DNA of 64,000 nucleotides from Nitrospirales bacterium (GTDB lineage Bacteria; Nitrospirota; Nitrospiria; Nitrospirales; UBA8639), in the NCBI GenBank assembly GCA_963555755.3, contig OY820905.2:3104001-3168000 (forward strand), in the 5' to 3' direction. The position numbers and the translations under genes are program-made. Numbering within the stretch: position 1 is the stretch's first letter; each line of letters begins with the position of its first letter. Below the pieces are notes generated by a model. That model worked only from the letters and a program-made list of their open reading frames with translations. It searched no databases and was not told where the DNA came from. This document shows positions 20,808-31,046 of the stretch, piece after piece.

Positions 20808-21293
20808 ATGAAAACGAAATCCCTTTTCTCCAACATGGTCATGACGATAGGGGGCGCAGTCGCGCTACTCACTTTTCTCCCCTCCGATTCCTGGGCTTGC
20901 CACGATTATCCCAACCCCATCGCATTCCAACATCCTCTCTCAAATGAATCAGATCTGCTCCCCAATGGCATGATGGCCATTGTGTATCAGCATGAACAAG
21001 GCGAACAGGTGATTCATGTCACAGTCCATCGCATTCATATGGTCATGGCCGGATATCACCCACACCTACCGGAACGACAAGACCCAAAATATATTGTGTT
21101 GCAAACCGACGGCACGCTCAGCTCCATGACCTACGTCATCATTGCGAATGCCTTGTATTATGGAACTGGACGGGACTCGCTTGGATTCCCCACCAAAACC
21201 TGGATCGACTCGAAGGAAGACGGGCTCAATGGAAACGAGCGAGCCACTTTTCAAACGGCAAAACTCCAAGAAAAAATGGCCTCAGTCCGCTAA
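20808..21293 (+). CDS. Hypothetical secreted protein
   Basis: AGGAGG RBS, signal-peptide-like N-terminus ending in SWA. Confidence 0.7.
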   Translation: MKTKSLFSNMVMTIGGAVALLTFLPSDSWACHDYPNPIAFQHPLSNESDLLPNGMMAIVYQHEQGEQVIHVTVHRIHMVMAGYHPHLPERQDPKYIVLQTDGTLSSMTYVIIANALYYGTGRDSLGFPTKTWIDSKEDGLNGNERATFQTAKLQEKMASVR

Positions 21294-21397
21294 AACGTTT
21301 CGGACTCGGAATCTTCTTTAGTGGGAGTGCCGAATAATTCAATAAAATTATCTTGGTTTGGGACGACTGACTCACATTTTTATTTGTCTGAAGGAAA

Positions 21398-21520
21398 GGG
21401 GCTGTTCAAAAAGGCCCGTCCAGCAAGGCCGCAGGGGCTTTGACGCGCGGAGCGTACGGTAGTACGTGAGCACGACAAAGACCCGAGAACGCCGCTGGCG
21501 GACTTTTTCAACAGCCCCTT
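21398..21520. repeat. Family-A MITE
   Basis: TIRs aaggggctgttcaaaaagg / actttttcaacagcccctt; internal sequence matches 6614-6734. Confidence 0.85.
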
Positions 21521-21881
21521 AATCAAATACCAACGTGCACTTCTCTCGTAAATGGTGAGGGTCGATCGGCTTGAGCATGTAATCGGTCGCGCCTTCTTCT
21601 ACCGCCCGGACTAGCCCCATCACATTTTCCTGGATGGACAACGCAATAATCGGAACGTTGGGGTGTATTTTCCTGAGATATCTGAGCATCGACACCCCAT
21701 CATTGCCCGACATTTCCAGATTTAAAAGAATCCCTTTGATACATGAGGCCTTGAAGAAGTCGTTTCGTTGAAGGCCTTCCCGGCACGTGGCCACGTCAAA
21801 TTCCATCTGTCTGAGATACTCTGTGACGGATATTAGAAGGTCCTGATTTTCACTGACAATCAGAATCCCTTTCCCATTCAT
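21519..21881 (-). CDS. Single-domain response regulator receiver (atypical)
   Basis: ILIVSEN..ILLNLEM..DG..PIIALS..GATDYMLKP; the acidic pocket and phospho-Asp appear substituted. Confidence 0.75.
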   Translation of the reverse strand: MNGKGILIVSENQDLLISVTEYLRQMEFDVATCREGLQRNDFFKASCIKGILLNLEMSGNDGVSMLRYLRKIHPNVPIIALSIQENVMGLVRAVEEGATDYMLKPIDPHHLREKCTLVFD

Positions 21882-22043
21882 ATTCGACTCCTTACTATTC
21901 CAATCCGGCATAGCGAGCTCACCCCTTAAAAGATAAACGCACGAAGGAGTATTTGGTTGACAGGGAAAGAAATAATATAGAGTTTAAGGCTAGTTACAGG
22001 AGGAAAGGGACTTTTAAAAAGGCTTGCCCTCGCAGAGGCAAGG

Positions 22044-22077
22044 TCCCCCTTTGGAAAAGGGGGTGGGGGGGGATTTT
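22044..22077. repeat. CCCCCTTT..AAAGGGGG-type palindromic repeat
   Basis: tccccctttggaaaaggggg; related motif cccctccttacaaaggagggga at about 22637-22660. Confidence 0.55.
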
Positions 22078-22125
22078 CAAATCAATTGGTCCTTTGAATC
22101 CTCCGATGGCTTGGGAGGGGATGAA

Positions 22126-22484
22126 TTAACTCTTTATCATTTCGAGCCGGGTATCAAATTCATGGTCACACGACAGACAACGAATGCAGTCAGACTCGAC
22201 CGTGGGTTCATCATCCCGGATGCCCATCCCGCCACAATCGGGACACCGGGCTAAGTAAAGCGCCTCGTCTTTGAGATTTTCAAACCGCGTGCCCCGTAAA
22301 ATAAATAGGCTCGCCCTCTAGCAGCCAAGGCTGGCCCGCCTTGTCCACAACAGGAAGTGAAATATAATGATGGTTGGCATAGTCCTGGAGCTCTTCATAC
22401 ATCTCAAACCCGTCCTTAATGAACTTCCCGGTCTTCGCCTCATAAGATAGCGAAAACTTTCACGATCACTTTCGTCAGCCCCAT
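22126..22484 (-). pseudogene. About 119-aa zinc-ribbon protein (CPDC..CLSC) broken by two +1 frameshifts
   Basis: AAGGAGG RBS; MGLTKVIVKV / SLSYEAKTGKF..EGEPIY / RGTRFE..RCPDCGG..CIRCLSCDHEFDTRLEMIKS*; shifts at 4-nt homopolymers 22453-22456 and 22298-22301. Confidence 0.7.
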
Positions 22485-22696
22485 GTGACACCTCCTTGTT
22501 TAAAGGGTAGTCCCATCTGACAGGGGATGTAGGTTTCCAAGTATGCCATAAGGTGCCGATCCAGAAGCAAGAGATTTGTGCATCAGGTTTTTGGAAGTCT
22601 ATAATTCACTCCAGAGGAAAATCTCTACCTCCCCTTGCCCCTCCTTACAAAGGAGGGGAATTTTTGGGTTGTTAAGAATTCCATAAGGAGGACTGT

Positions 22697-23035
22697 ATGA
22701 GTCTTGCTGATAATCAATGTGTGCCGTGTCGGGGTGGGGTGCCGCCGGTTGAGCCGGCGAAGGCGCAGGAATTACTTGGGCAGTTGGAGAAAGGGTGGGC
22801 GCTGAATCCAGAAGGCCACCTTGAACGGGCCTACGAATTCAAGAATTTTGCTGAGGCTCTCGACTTTGTGAACAAAGTCGGGGCAATTGCGGAAGACCAA
22901 GGCCATCATCCTGATCTGTTCTTGGCCTGGGGCAAGTGCAAGGTGGAAATTTGGACGCATAAGATTCAAGGCCTGACCGAGAGCGATTTCTTTTTCGCGG
23001 CCAAAGCAGATCGGGTGTTCGCTAGCAATGCCTGA
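22697..23035 (+). CDS. phhB: Pterin-4-alpha-carbinolamine dehydratase
   Basis: CVPCRGG, AEDQGHHPDL, WTHKIQGLTESDF. Confidence 0.93.
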   Translation: MSLADNQCVPCRGGVPPVEPAKAQELLGQLEKGWALNPEGHLERAYEFKNFAEALDFVNKVGAIAEDQGHHPDLFLAWGKCKVEIWTHKIQGLTESDFFFAAKADRVFASNA

Positions 23036-24950
23036 TTCGCTCATTACGATCGACCCGTCTTCTCAAACCAGTGCATCTCTGGCTGAGGAATTGCCATGGG
23101 TTGATCCCGGTGGGAAGCCGCAAATCGCGCTGCCGTTTGGGTATTCCAAGTTTCCGTCCATTCAGCTTGGCACGCTGTCGCGTGTGTTAAAAAATCAGAG
23201 CATCGGGTCCAAGGGCTATCATTTCAATTTGCTCTTTGCGCAACGCATTGGACTTCAGCTTTACGAAGTACTGTGTGAAAAGCGTGGGATGATCGGGGAG
23301 TGGCTCTTTTCCTCGATCCTCTTTCGAGACAACCCTAAGCATGCTCAATACCCCGATGTTTTTAAACCGGTGCTTGAAAGTACCGCTCGTGAAGCTGGTT
23401 GCTCAACTGGCTACCTCGAAGAGGTCGCGCACAAAATTGCGCCGCAATTTCGCATCGAAATCATGACCTCGTACGATTGGAATCAATACAGAGTTGTGGG
23501 GTTCACCTCGACGTTCGATCAAAACGTGGCCAGTCTCACCATGGCCAAGCTGATCAAAGATTTGTACCCCAATGTTCGCATCGTGTTTGGGGGCGCCAAC
23601 TTCGACGGCGAGATGGGCTTGGAACATTTTCGGGCGTTTCCGTGGATCGATTATGTGGTGGTCGGCGAGGGGGAGGAAGTCTTCCCGACTCTGGCGAAAA
23701 AGATTCTTCGGGAAGAGGAAAACCATTTCCCTCCAGGGGTTGCCTATCGAAAAGAGGGTCAGATTCAATTTCAACCCAACACGAAACTCTTTTCCAATTT
23801 TACTGAAGTTGGCCCGCCTGATTATGACGATTACTTTGAGATGGTGAAGGAGCTGGAAGGACAGGGGTCAACCGGGCTCAATCGTATCTTGCTTTATGAA
23901 GGCTCGCGTGGATGTTGGTGGGGAGAGAAGCATCATTGCACCTTCTGCGGATTGAATGCGCAGTCCATGCAGTTTCGGGCCAAGTCTTCGGAGCAAGTGG
24001 CTCAAGAAATGGATGTGCTCTCCAGCCGGTATGACACCACGCGTTTCCGTTTAGTCGATAACATCATCGATTTAAAATACATCGACCAACTCTTTGGTAA
24101 ATTTGCTGCCGGTCACTATGACCTTGATATATTCATGGAGACCACGGCCAACTTAACCAAACAGCAGATTCAAACCCTGGCCCACGGCGGAGTGAAGTGC
24201 ATGCAACCGGGCATTGAAAGTCTAAGTGCGGCACAACTCAAGGAAATGGATAAGGGTGTCAGCCCGCTCCGAAATATTCAGTGCCTCAAGTGGAGCCGGT
24301 ATTACAACCTAGATGTGAACTGGAATATCCTGCTCGGCTTTCCTCAGGAAACCAATGACGATTACCAACTCCAGATCGATCTCATCCCTTCTATTCTTCA
24401 CCTACAACCACCTGAAGGCACGGGTAAACTGTGGCTCGAACGATTCAGCCCCTATTTCATGCGGCCTGAAGACTATGGTGTGCGGATTACCGGTCCCGGG
24501 ACCGCCTATGAATATGTGTATGATTCACGAAAGGTCGATCTCAGTAAGATCGCCTACGATTTTGAATATGAGATTGATTGGAAGGTAGACCCTGCTCTCT
24601 ATGAACAATTGATCAACCTCGTGCAGGAATGGCGGGCTCGGTATTTCTCAGAGAATCGCCCGTTCTTGTTCTATGCCAAAGCCATGAGTTATGTGACCGT
24701 CTACGATGGCCGCACCCATCAACCGACGAGCGAACGGTTTGACTGGCCATTGTCGTTGATTATTGAGGGTTGCAATGAAACTCCCAAAACGTTGGACCAA
24801 ATCCGTCGGGCTGCCACCACATCGCCTTCCCACCAGGATTCGGCCCCGTCCATTGATACCGTCGTATCAACCCTTGTGACCAAGCGACTCTTGGTGGAAG
24901 ACAAGGGTCGCTATTTCACGCTAGCGCTCCCCGCCAATCCAAACCTTTAA
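23028..24950 (+). CDS. Cobalamin-dependent radical SAM enzyme of the RiPP-maturation C-methyltransferase type
   Basis: PSIQLGTL, B12-binding FTSTFDQN..FGGANFDG..GEGE, SRGCWWGEKHHCTFCGLN (Cx7Cx2C), QPGIES, WNILLGFP, ERFSPY. Confidence 0.85.
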   Translation: MPDSLITIDPSSQTSASLAEELPWVDPGGKPQIALPFGYSKFPSIQLGTLSRVLKNQSIGSKGYHFNLLFAQRIGLQLYEVLCEKRGMIGEWLFSSILFRDNPKHAQYPDVFKPVLESTAREAGCSTGYLEEVAHKIAPQFRIEIMTSYDWNQYRVVGFTSTFDQNVASLTMAKLIKDLYPNVRIVFGGANFDGEMGLEHFRAFPWIDYVVVGEGEEVFPTLAKKILREEENHFPPGVAYRKEGQIQFQPNTKLFSNFTEVGPPDYDDYFEMVKELEGQGSTGLNRILLYEGSRGCWWGEKHHCTFCGLNAQSMQFRAKSSEQVAQEMDVLSSRYDTTRFRLVDNIIDLKYIDQLFGKFAAGHYDLDIFMETTANLTKQQIQTLAHGGVKCMQPGIESLSAAQLKEMDKGVSPLRNIQCLKWSRYYNLDVNWNILLGFPQETNDDYQLQIDLIPSILHLQPPEGTGKLWLERFSPYFMRPEDYGVRITGPGTAYEYVYDSRKVDLSKIAYDFEYEIDWKVDPALYEQLINLVQEWRARYFSENRPFLFYAKAMSYVTVYDGRTHQPTSERFDWPLSLIIEGCNETPKTLDQIRRAATTSPSHQDSAPSIDTVVSTLVTKRLLVEDKGRYFTLALPANPNL

Positions 24951-25067
24951 CAGAATTCACCTGACCGAGATTCTGCTTTCTACAAGAACTAGACATTCCT
25001 GTGCAACTCGCGTACATGATGAAGCGTGAGGCCGTTCTTAATTCTTTAAGCTAGGTTGCACTCAAGG

Positions 25068-25820
25068 ATGAGGCGTTTCCTTCAACTGACCCTTCTTTTC
25101 CTTTTGACTTGCCTTCTTACCACCCCGTTGAACTCCTGGGCCGATAACCATCTGACATATCAAAACCGAGGGTCCTACTACGAAGGGATCAAGCCTAAAC
25201 CTGTCTCTGGCTACGACATTGAACTCATTTCGGTTCTTGCCGACTATCGTGAATCGACGACCTCGTTCCCCGAGGAACTCAAGATTCAGTTTTATCTTCC
25301 TGAGGACACGGATGTCCATATCACCGTACGGGAATTGGACTATCGGAGGTTTTATTGGCTGGACAAGGTGGCGCATGCGGCATCATGGTCGAAGGGGTTT
25401 GGCAATACCTTTACGTGGGCAACGGGTCCTGTCCTTCAAGACCTTGATGACAGCATGAATATGTATGACTTGGGTGTGCTCACGTGCCTTGGGCAATCTA
25501 CACCTGCGAGTATCGAGCACATTGCCCCGACGATTTTTTACCATACATCTCCACCTGCGACCGTGACTGGGTATTGGTTTACACTCAAACCCAATAGTCG
25601 CGCCTTGGTGAAGTGTGCGGTCTATCCCAAAGAAGCGGATGAGGGGATTTGGTTTCGCGCCTTTCGCCGAAAACCGGCCGGGCAGCCATTCTCGGTGAAA
25701 TGGGATGCCTCCGAAGCTCCGGAAGGTTCGTATTTTTTTCTGGTGACAGGCTACTTCCTGGACAGCAATCAACCAATAAATCAAACCATCCATTTCTATC
25801 AGAAGCCCTCGGCGCCATGA
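25068..25820 (+). CDS. Hypothetical secreted beta-rich protein
   Basis: Signal peptide ending SWA, YQNRGSYYEG motif, C-terminal Ig-like WD..PEGSY. Confidence 0.7.
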   Translation: MRRFLQLTLLFLLTCLLTTPLNSWADNHLTYQNRGSYYEGIKPKPVSGYDIELISVLADYRESTTSFPEELKIQFYLPEDTDVHITVRELDYRRFYWLDKVAHAASWSKGFGNTFTWATGPVLQDLDDSMNMYDLGVLTCLGQSTPASIEHIAPTIFYHTSPPATVTGYWFTLKPNSRALVKCAVYPKEADEGIWFRAFRRKPAGQPFSVKWDASEAPEGSYFFLVTGYFLDSNQPINQTIHFYQKPSAP

Positions 25821-26920
25821 GCAGCCAAGAGAATTCAGAAAAACGGTCGTCCAAGAAACCGTTGACACTATGGATAACCTCGGGAAGTGTCATGATTGGC
25901 GGCGTGCTCGTGATGGCGCTGGCCCTGATGTACTATCCTACCCCAACACATATTTCCTTGGAAGCCGCCGTCAGCCGTGCAGAAATGACGTTGGGCACTT
26001 TTCCAACCCAACAAATTTTGAATCCCCTTGAAATCGAGACGATTTCGTTCGGGCAGTTTTCCAAGATCGAGTTCCATCCTTCCTCGTTATACGTCGCGGA
26101 CCCCAACCAATATCATATGGAGACCGATTCCTTTTCCCCCACAGCCTGGCAACCGCTCACGATGTTTGGATATGTGCGGATTTCACCCAAAACGCAGGAA
26201 AATTTGGTCACGATACAGCCTGAGAAGCGAAGCAGAAAGATTCTGGGAATCTTGGATCCCATCCATGTCCGTGAGGAATCCAATGTTATTTTTGAAGTGG
26301 ATGAACATGATCCCCAAACCGTGACGATGAAGATTTCGGGATCCGAGACCTGAGTGTTTTTTACTCCCACTCAGCCATTCGAAATCATTGCGGATGAAAC
26401 GAACGTGGACGGCATCAAAGATTTTCCTTTTCCGGATGAACCCTCCCTCACCTTTCGCCCTGAACTCCCTGAGCACCGGTCAAAAATAGAAATTCGAGGG
26501 ACAGACCAACACCTCATCTTGATACTCAAGGTATCCCTTTCTTCTGGGAATCAAATATTTTCAGAACATCCTATCACCATAAAAACCCTCGACCTTTCCC
26601 GTCAGGATGCATCAGGGAATCGAGTCACGGCGTTGGTGACACCGGGGGTGTTGCGGTATCCCGACTTTCCCGATCTGTCAGCTCACACCATCCCGGTAAC
26701 CGAGTATGTCAGTATTGAACCAAAGAAGGTGATGACCATCAAACGTATGACACTCTTGACGGACAAATCCGGGTTCATGTTGTTACTCGATGGCACAGCC
26801 AAACACATTCGATCAGGATCGGCTGAATTCCCCCTGGACCATCGTCTCTCGAAATTCGACGAATTGTTGAACAATGCCAAGGTGAAATTACTCTTTGGGT
26901 TGTGGAAGGATCTAAAATGA
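25817..26920 (+). pseudogene. Membrane-anchored hypothetical protein with an in-frame TGA at 26351-26353
   Basis: ATGA overlap with the upstream gene; N-terminal transmembrane helix; ORFs 25817-26353 and 26354-26920 are contiguous in one frame. Confidence 0.65.
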
Positions 26921-27199
26921 TAATTGGTTCGACAACCCTTATATAATCCCCTGGAGTACTTTGTGGTAACGTTCTGTTCTTTATTCATGATCATGCATCC
27001 CTGACGTTTGCTGGGGCGAGGAGCAAAGGAGCCAGGACAAACCGTCCCCCCAGGGCAAGGAACGGCAATCAACGTTCAATAGGAAGTCGATCCTGTGAGG
27101 TCCCATATAAGGCCAAAGAGTCGTTCGCGCGCCGTGGGAGGGCTTCGAGAAAGGAGAAGCTCATGGGACGGTATTACCTGGGCGTTCATGCCTTGGGCT

Positions 27200-28062
27200 C
27201 GGCGGAGCTGGAGTACCGAATCGCCTTTTTGGCGAGGGCTGTTTGAGCGGAGAGGTGGCTTTGCACCTCGGAGCGAGTTCCCGAGCCATCTATTCGGTGC
27301 GGAGGCGGAGGGACCCGTAGGGACGCGCACGGGCAAAACAATCGACATAGGTAGGCGGTCACCCGCTTTCCCTGTCACACCACCGTACGTACGGGTCCGT
27401 ATACGGCGGTTTGGTGGGTTAAGCGATTGGCCACCAGGAGAGACTTCTCTCAACTGGTCACCCCTCGCCGGGCTTTCAACTGGGCGGTTCGCCGCGAGCG
27501 ATTCGACACTTCCTCGTCAGTCCTTAGGGCTTCACCCCTATCCTCTGTCGGGAAGGCCAGGGTTAACTGGTTATTCAGCCGCTTGTCGCTCGTGAGTTCC
27601 GCTGCCTACATACCACTCCGCACCGTTCAGGCCTTCGTCCCTGCCGGGACTACTATGCCCTCTGCTGACTCCTCTCACCCGGTCAAGATAGATCACTCCA
27701 TCCTCAGTCTTGGTGCCAAGACAGACGAGAGGTCTCCCGAGGTAAGCTCAACCGCCTTCAGCGCACGACCGCCAGATTTACACCCAATGCCCTTGATGGA
27801 TATGGACTTCGTGAAAACCAGCTCACTCGTCCGACACTGACTGCCTCGTATCTGGTTCTTGTTCATCGGCCCGCGCCTTTGCTCTACGCTTCCTTCAGAC
27901 CCCGCCTCACGACGACGCCCTTGCGCTTCGCTATGACTTCACCTCCATCAGGTTGTCAAAGGGACTTGCACCCTCAAGCTGTTGAACATGCTCGGCACAC
28001 TGGTTTTGGGCACTTTTGCCGAAACAAAAGTGCCTCGTCTGCAGGGGCGAAACCCTGCATAT
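27200..28062. repeat. Multi-hairpin MITE/REP-like element split by the group II intron (halves 27200-27340 and 28001-28062)
   Basis: Hairpins ggcacttttgccgaaacaaaagtgcc and tgcaggggcgaaaccctgca; gagcgagttcccgagcc and gggacccgtagggac motifs; outer limits approximate. Confidence 0.6.
27341..28000 (-). ncRNA. ORF-less group IIC intron (660 nt)
   Basis: 5' GTGTGCCGAGCATG; domain V ACCGCCGTATACGGACCCGTACGTACGGTGGT with CGC triad (about 27379-27412); domain VI ending CCTATGTCGAT; no reverse transcriptase ORF. Confidence 0.9.
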
Positions 28063-28070
28063 AAATCCAA

Positions 28071-28104
28071 ACCTGGATTCCCGATTAAAAATGTCGGGAA
28101 TGAC
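28071..28104. repeat. GTCATTCCCG..CGGGAATCCAG-type REP palindrome
   Basis: ctggattcccgattaaaaatgtcgggaatgac. Confidence 0.6.
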
Positions 28105-28173
28105 CGATGGGGGGCTGATAGGCAGTTTACTTTGGTCTCGACTCTTAGATTACAAACGCTTTTGTCGCCTTCC

Positions 28174-28203
28174 TTGACACTATTTTCCCCCACTCCCTAG
28201 AAT
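28174..28203 (+). promoter_or_regulatory. Candidate sigma70 promoter for the trmFO operon
   Basis: TTGACA-18 nt-TAGAAT. Confidence 0.6.
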
Positions 28204-28240
28204 GCCTCTCTTGCCTATTTTCAGGGAGAATTGACGATTA

Positions 28241-29557
28241 ATGCGCGATGATGTGGTCATAATTGGTGGCGGGCTGGCGGGGTCGGAGGCGGCTTGGCAG
28301 GCGGCGGAGCGTGGGGCGAAGGTCACGCTTTATGAGATGCGACCAAAGAAAGAGACGGCGGCACACAAGACGAGCAATTTGGCTGAGATTGTGTGTTCGA
28401 ATTCTTTGGGATCCGCTGACCCGATTAGCGCACCTGGCATCTTGAAAGAAGAGATGCGGCTGTTGAACTCACTGGTCATGCGAGTGGCTGAATTGGCTCG
28501 AGTGCCGGCTGGCGCCGCGCTGGCGGTTGATCGCGATATCTTTGCACAAGAAATTACGAGAACGTTGGAATCGCATCCGAATATTCGGATCATTCGTGAA
28601 GAGATTCGAGAGATTCCGACTGATGCTCTTTGCATCGTGGCCACGGGGCCTTTGACGTCGGAAAGTTTGGCGCAGGCTTTGACCGAGTTGACGCATAAAA
28701 AGAACCTGGCCTTCTTTGATGCCATTTCCCCAATCATCGATGCGGAATCCATTGATATGGACAAGGCCTTTCGTGCCTCACGCTATGATAAGGGCGGCGC
28801 GGATTATGTGAATTGTCCGATGGATGAAGCCACGTATACGGCCTTTTACGATGCGTTAATGGCGGGAGAAAAAGTCGAATCCAAGGACTTTGAGAAAGTC
28901 CCGTACTTCGAAGGGTGCATCCCGATTGAAGTCATGGCAGAACGCGGGAAGCAGACCTTAACCTTTGGTCCGATGAAACCCGTGGGGCTGGTTGATCCGC
29001 GCACTGGCACACGACCGCATGCGGTGCTGCAATTGCGTGCGGAAAATCGGTACGGTTCGTGTTATAACATGGTGGGGTTTCAAACCAAGTTAAAGTATCC
29101 TGAGCAGCAGCGGGTGTTTCGCATGATCCCCGGTCTTGAGCGGGCCGAGTTTCTGCGGTTTGGGAGTGTGCATCGAAATACGTTTGTGAATTCTCCTGAG
29201 CTCTTGCGGAATACCCTGCAGTTGAAAATGCGAGGGACAACCTTTTTGGCGGGATGTATTATTGGGGTTGAGGGATATACTGAATCCGCGGCAAGCGGAG
29301 GTTTGGCTGGAATCAATGCCGCTCGTGCGTTGGCTGATTTACCCTTGATCACTCCTCCGTTGGCTACGGCACATGGGGCGTTGATCAATTATATTACCAC
29401 GAGTGATGCTCGGTATTTCCAGCCAATGAATACCAACTTTGGAATCTTTCCGCCGCTTCCCACGAAGATTCGCGACAAGGAACAGAAACGGCGCTTGATT
29501 CACCAACGTGCGATGGATGAGTTTCAAGCATGGAAGACGCAATTCGCGCTTTCCTAA
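28241..29557 (+). CDS. trmFO: tRNA (uracil-54-C5)-methyltransferase TrmFO (Gid)
   Basis: IGGGLAGSEAAWQ, EIVCSNS, YFEGCIPIE, FGPMKPVGL, GSVHRNTF, GVEGYTES, FQPMN. Confidence 0.96.
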   Translation: MRDDVVIIGGGLAGSEAAWQAAERGAKVTLYEMRPKKETAAHKTSNLAEIVCSNSLGSADPISAPGILKEEMRLLNSLVMRVAELARVPAGAALAVDRDIFAQEITRTLESHPNIRIIREEIREIPTDALCIVATGPLTSESLAQALTELTHKKNLAFFDAISPIIDAESIDMDKAFRASRYDKGGADYVNCPMDEATYTAFYDALMAGEKVESKDFEKVPYFEGCIPIEVMAERGKQTLTFGPMKPVGLVDPRTGTRPHAVLQLRAENRYGSCYNMVGFQTKLKYPEQQRVFRMIPGLERAEFLRFGSVHRNTFVNSPELLRNTLQLKMRGTTFLAGCIIGVEGYTESAASGGLAGINAARALADLPLITPPLATAHGALINYITTSDARYFQPMNTNFGIFPPLPTKIRDKEQKRRLIHQRAMDEFQAWKTQFALS

Positions 29558-30513
29558 CGCATCTGGATTTTGAGCGGGGTGCTTCCCGCGAAACCCTTCG
29601 CAGTTACCAGTCGGACCTTCGACAGTTTGTCGCGTTTTTGCGAGGCGTCCATGGGGAAACCGTTCCGGGCCCTGGAGATATTGACCCGACGACGATTCGC
29701 CAGTTTTTAATTTGGTTAGCTGAGAGGCAGGATAAAAAAACATCGCAAGCCCGAAAGCTGGCCTGCCTCAAAAGTTTTTTTAAGTTTTTGAATCAACGAG
29801 AACTGATTGCCACAAATCCGGCGGCACTCATTCGATCGCCCCGGGTTGGTCAGCATCTGCCGCGCGTGCTGTCAAAAGACGACGCGGAGCGGTTGATGGA
29901 GTCGCCGGACGAAAAGGCCGGTGCTAAAACAGCGAGGGACCGGGCCATCTTGGAGACGTTGTATTCCACCGGTGCGCGAGTCAGTGAATTGGTTGGCATG
30001 AATTGGGGGGATGTGAATCTTGATGATGGCATGGTGCGGCTTCGTGGAAAAGGCAAAAAGGAGCGACTCGTGCCGATCGGGCAAGTGGCCATTGACGCGA
30101 TTCACGATTATGTGGCATTAGGTTCGGCCAAATTATCCGTGGACAAGACTGCTGAGGAATCGATGGGGGCGGGATCCCAGGCGTTTCCTGAAGACCGTCC
30201 GGTTTTTCAAAATAATCGAAAGGGCCGGTTGTCGGTCAGAAGTGTGGAACGGATGGTGCAACAATATGCTGGGCAGCTTCAGGTCGGGAATGTGACGCCG
30301 CACACGTTGCGGCATTCGTTTGCCACCCACTTGCTCGATGAAGGTGCCGACCTTCGCGTGATCCAGGAACTCCTTGGGCATGCTTCATTGGGAACCACGC
30401 AGAAATATACACATCTGGCCATGGATCGTCTGATGGAAGTGTACGACCAGGCGCATCCCCGAGCGGGAAACACGCCTCAGGTCCCCAAGACCAACAAAGG
30501 AAAGAAAGCATGA
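29530..30513 (+). CDS. xerC: Tyrosine recombinase XerC
   Basis: [51 protein letters not shown]; canonical position before hslV. Confidence 0.92.
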   Translation: MEDAIRAFLTHLDFERGASRETLRSYQSDLRQFVAFLRGVHGETVPGPGDIDPTTIRQFLIWLAERQDKKTSQARKLACLKSFFKFLNQRELIATNPAALIRSPRVGQHLPRVLSKDDAERLMESPDEKAGAKTARDRAILETLYSTGARVSELVGMNWGDVNLDDGMVRLRGKGKKERLVPIGQVAIDAIHDYVALGSAKLSVDKTAEESMGAGSQAFPEDRPVFQNNRKGRLSVRSVERMVQQYAGQLQVGNVTPHTLRHSFATHLLDEGADLRVIQELLGHASLGTTQKYTHLAMDRLMEVYDQAHPRAGNTPQVPKTNKGKKA

Positions 30514-31046
30514 AAATACGATCAACCACAATCCTCTCGGTCCGGCGAAATGGAGCCGTGACCATGGGCTCCGATGGCCAAGTCACCGTGGGCACCACGG
30601 TGATGAAAGCCAATGCCCGCAAGGTCCGGCGTCTGTATCATGACAAAATCCTGGCCGGATTTGCTGGAGCCACGGCGGATGCGTTTACCTTATTTGAAAA
30701 GTTCGACGTGAAGCTGGAAGAATACCGAGGGAATCTGACGCGGGCGGCCGTGGAGTTAGCGAAAGATTGGCGAACGGATCGGGTGCTGCGTCGCCTGGAA
30801 GCGTTGCTGGCTGTCTCGGATGGCACGCAATCCTTTATCCTGTCCGGGACGGGCGATGTGATTGAACCCGAAGATGGCATTTTGGCCATTGGTTCTGGCG
30901 GGCCCTATGCCTTAGCGGCGGCTCGAGCCTTAATAGCCAATACGGAGTTAAATTCGAAGACCATTGTGCTGGAATCCATGAACATTGCCGGAGGCATTGA
31001 TATTTACACGAATCGGGAAATCGTTATTGAAGAGTTGCACGTATGA
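30510..31046 (+). CDS. hslV: ATP-dependent protease subunit HslV
   Basis: [35 protein letters not shown]. Confidence 0.97.
   Translation: MKIRSTTILSVRRNGAVTMGSDGQVTVGTTVMKANARKVRRLYHDKILAGFAGATADAFTLFEKFDVKLEEYRGNLTRAAVELAKDWRTDRVLRRLEALLAVSDGTQSFILSGTGDVIEPEDGILAIGSGGPYALAAARALIANTELNSKTIVLESMNIAGGIDIYTNREIVIEELHV

Noticed and set aside
27076..28200. Several ORFs over the intron and repeat region
   Set aside because: They are translations of structured RNA and palindromes with no RT motifs such as YADD.
29530..30513. Integrase of the neighbouring defence island
   Set aside because: It lies in the conserved trmFO-xerC-hslVU context, so it is the housekeeping XerC. No att sites were found at the island borders.
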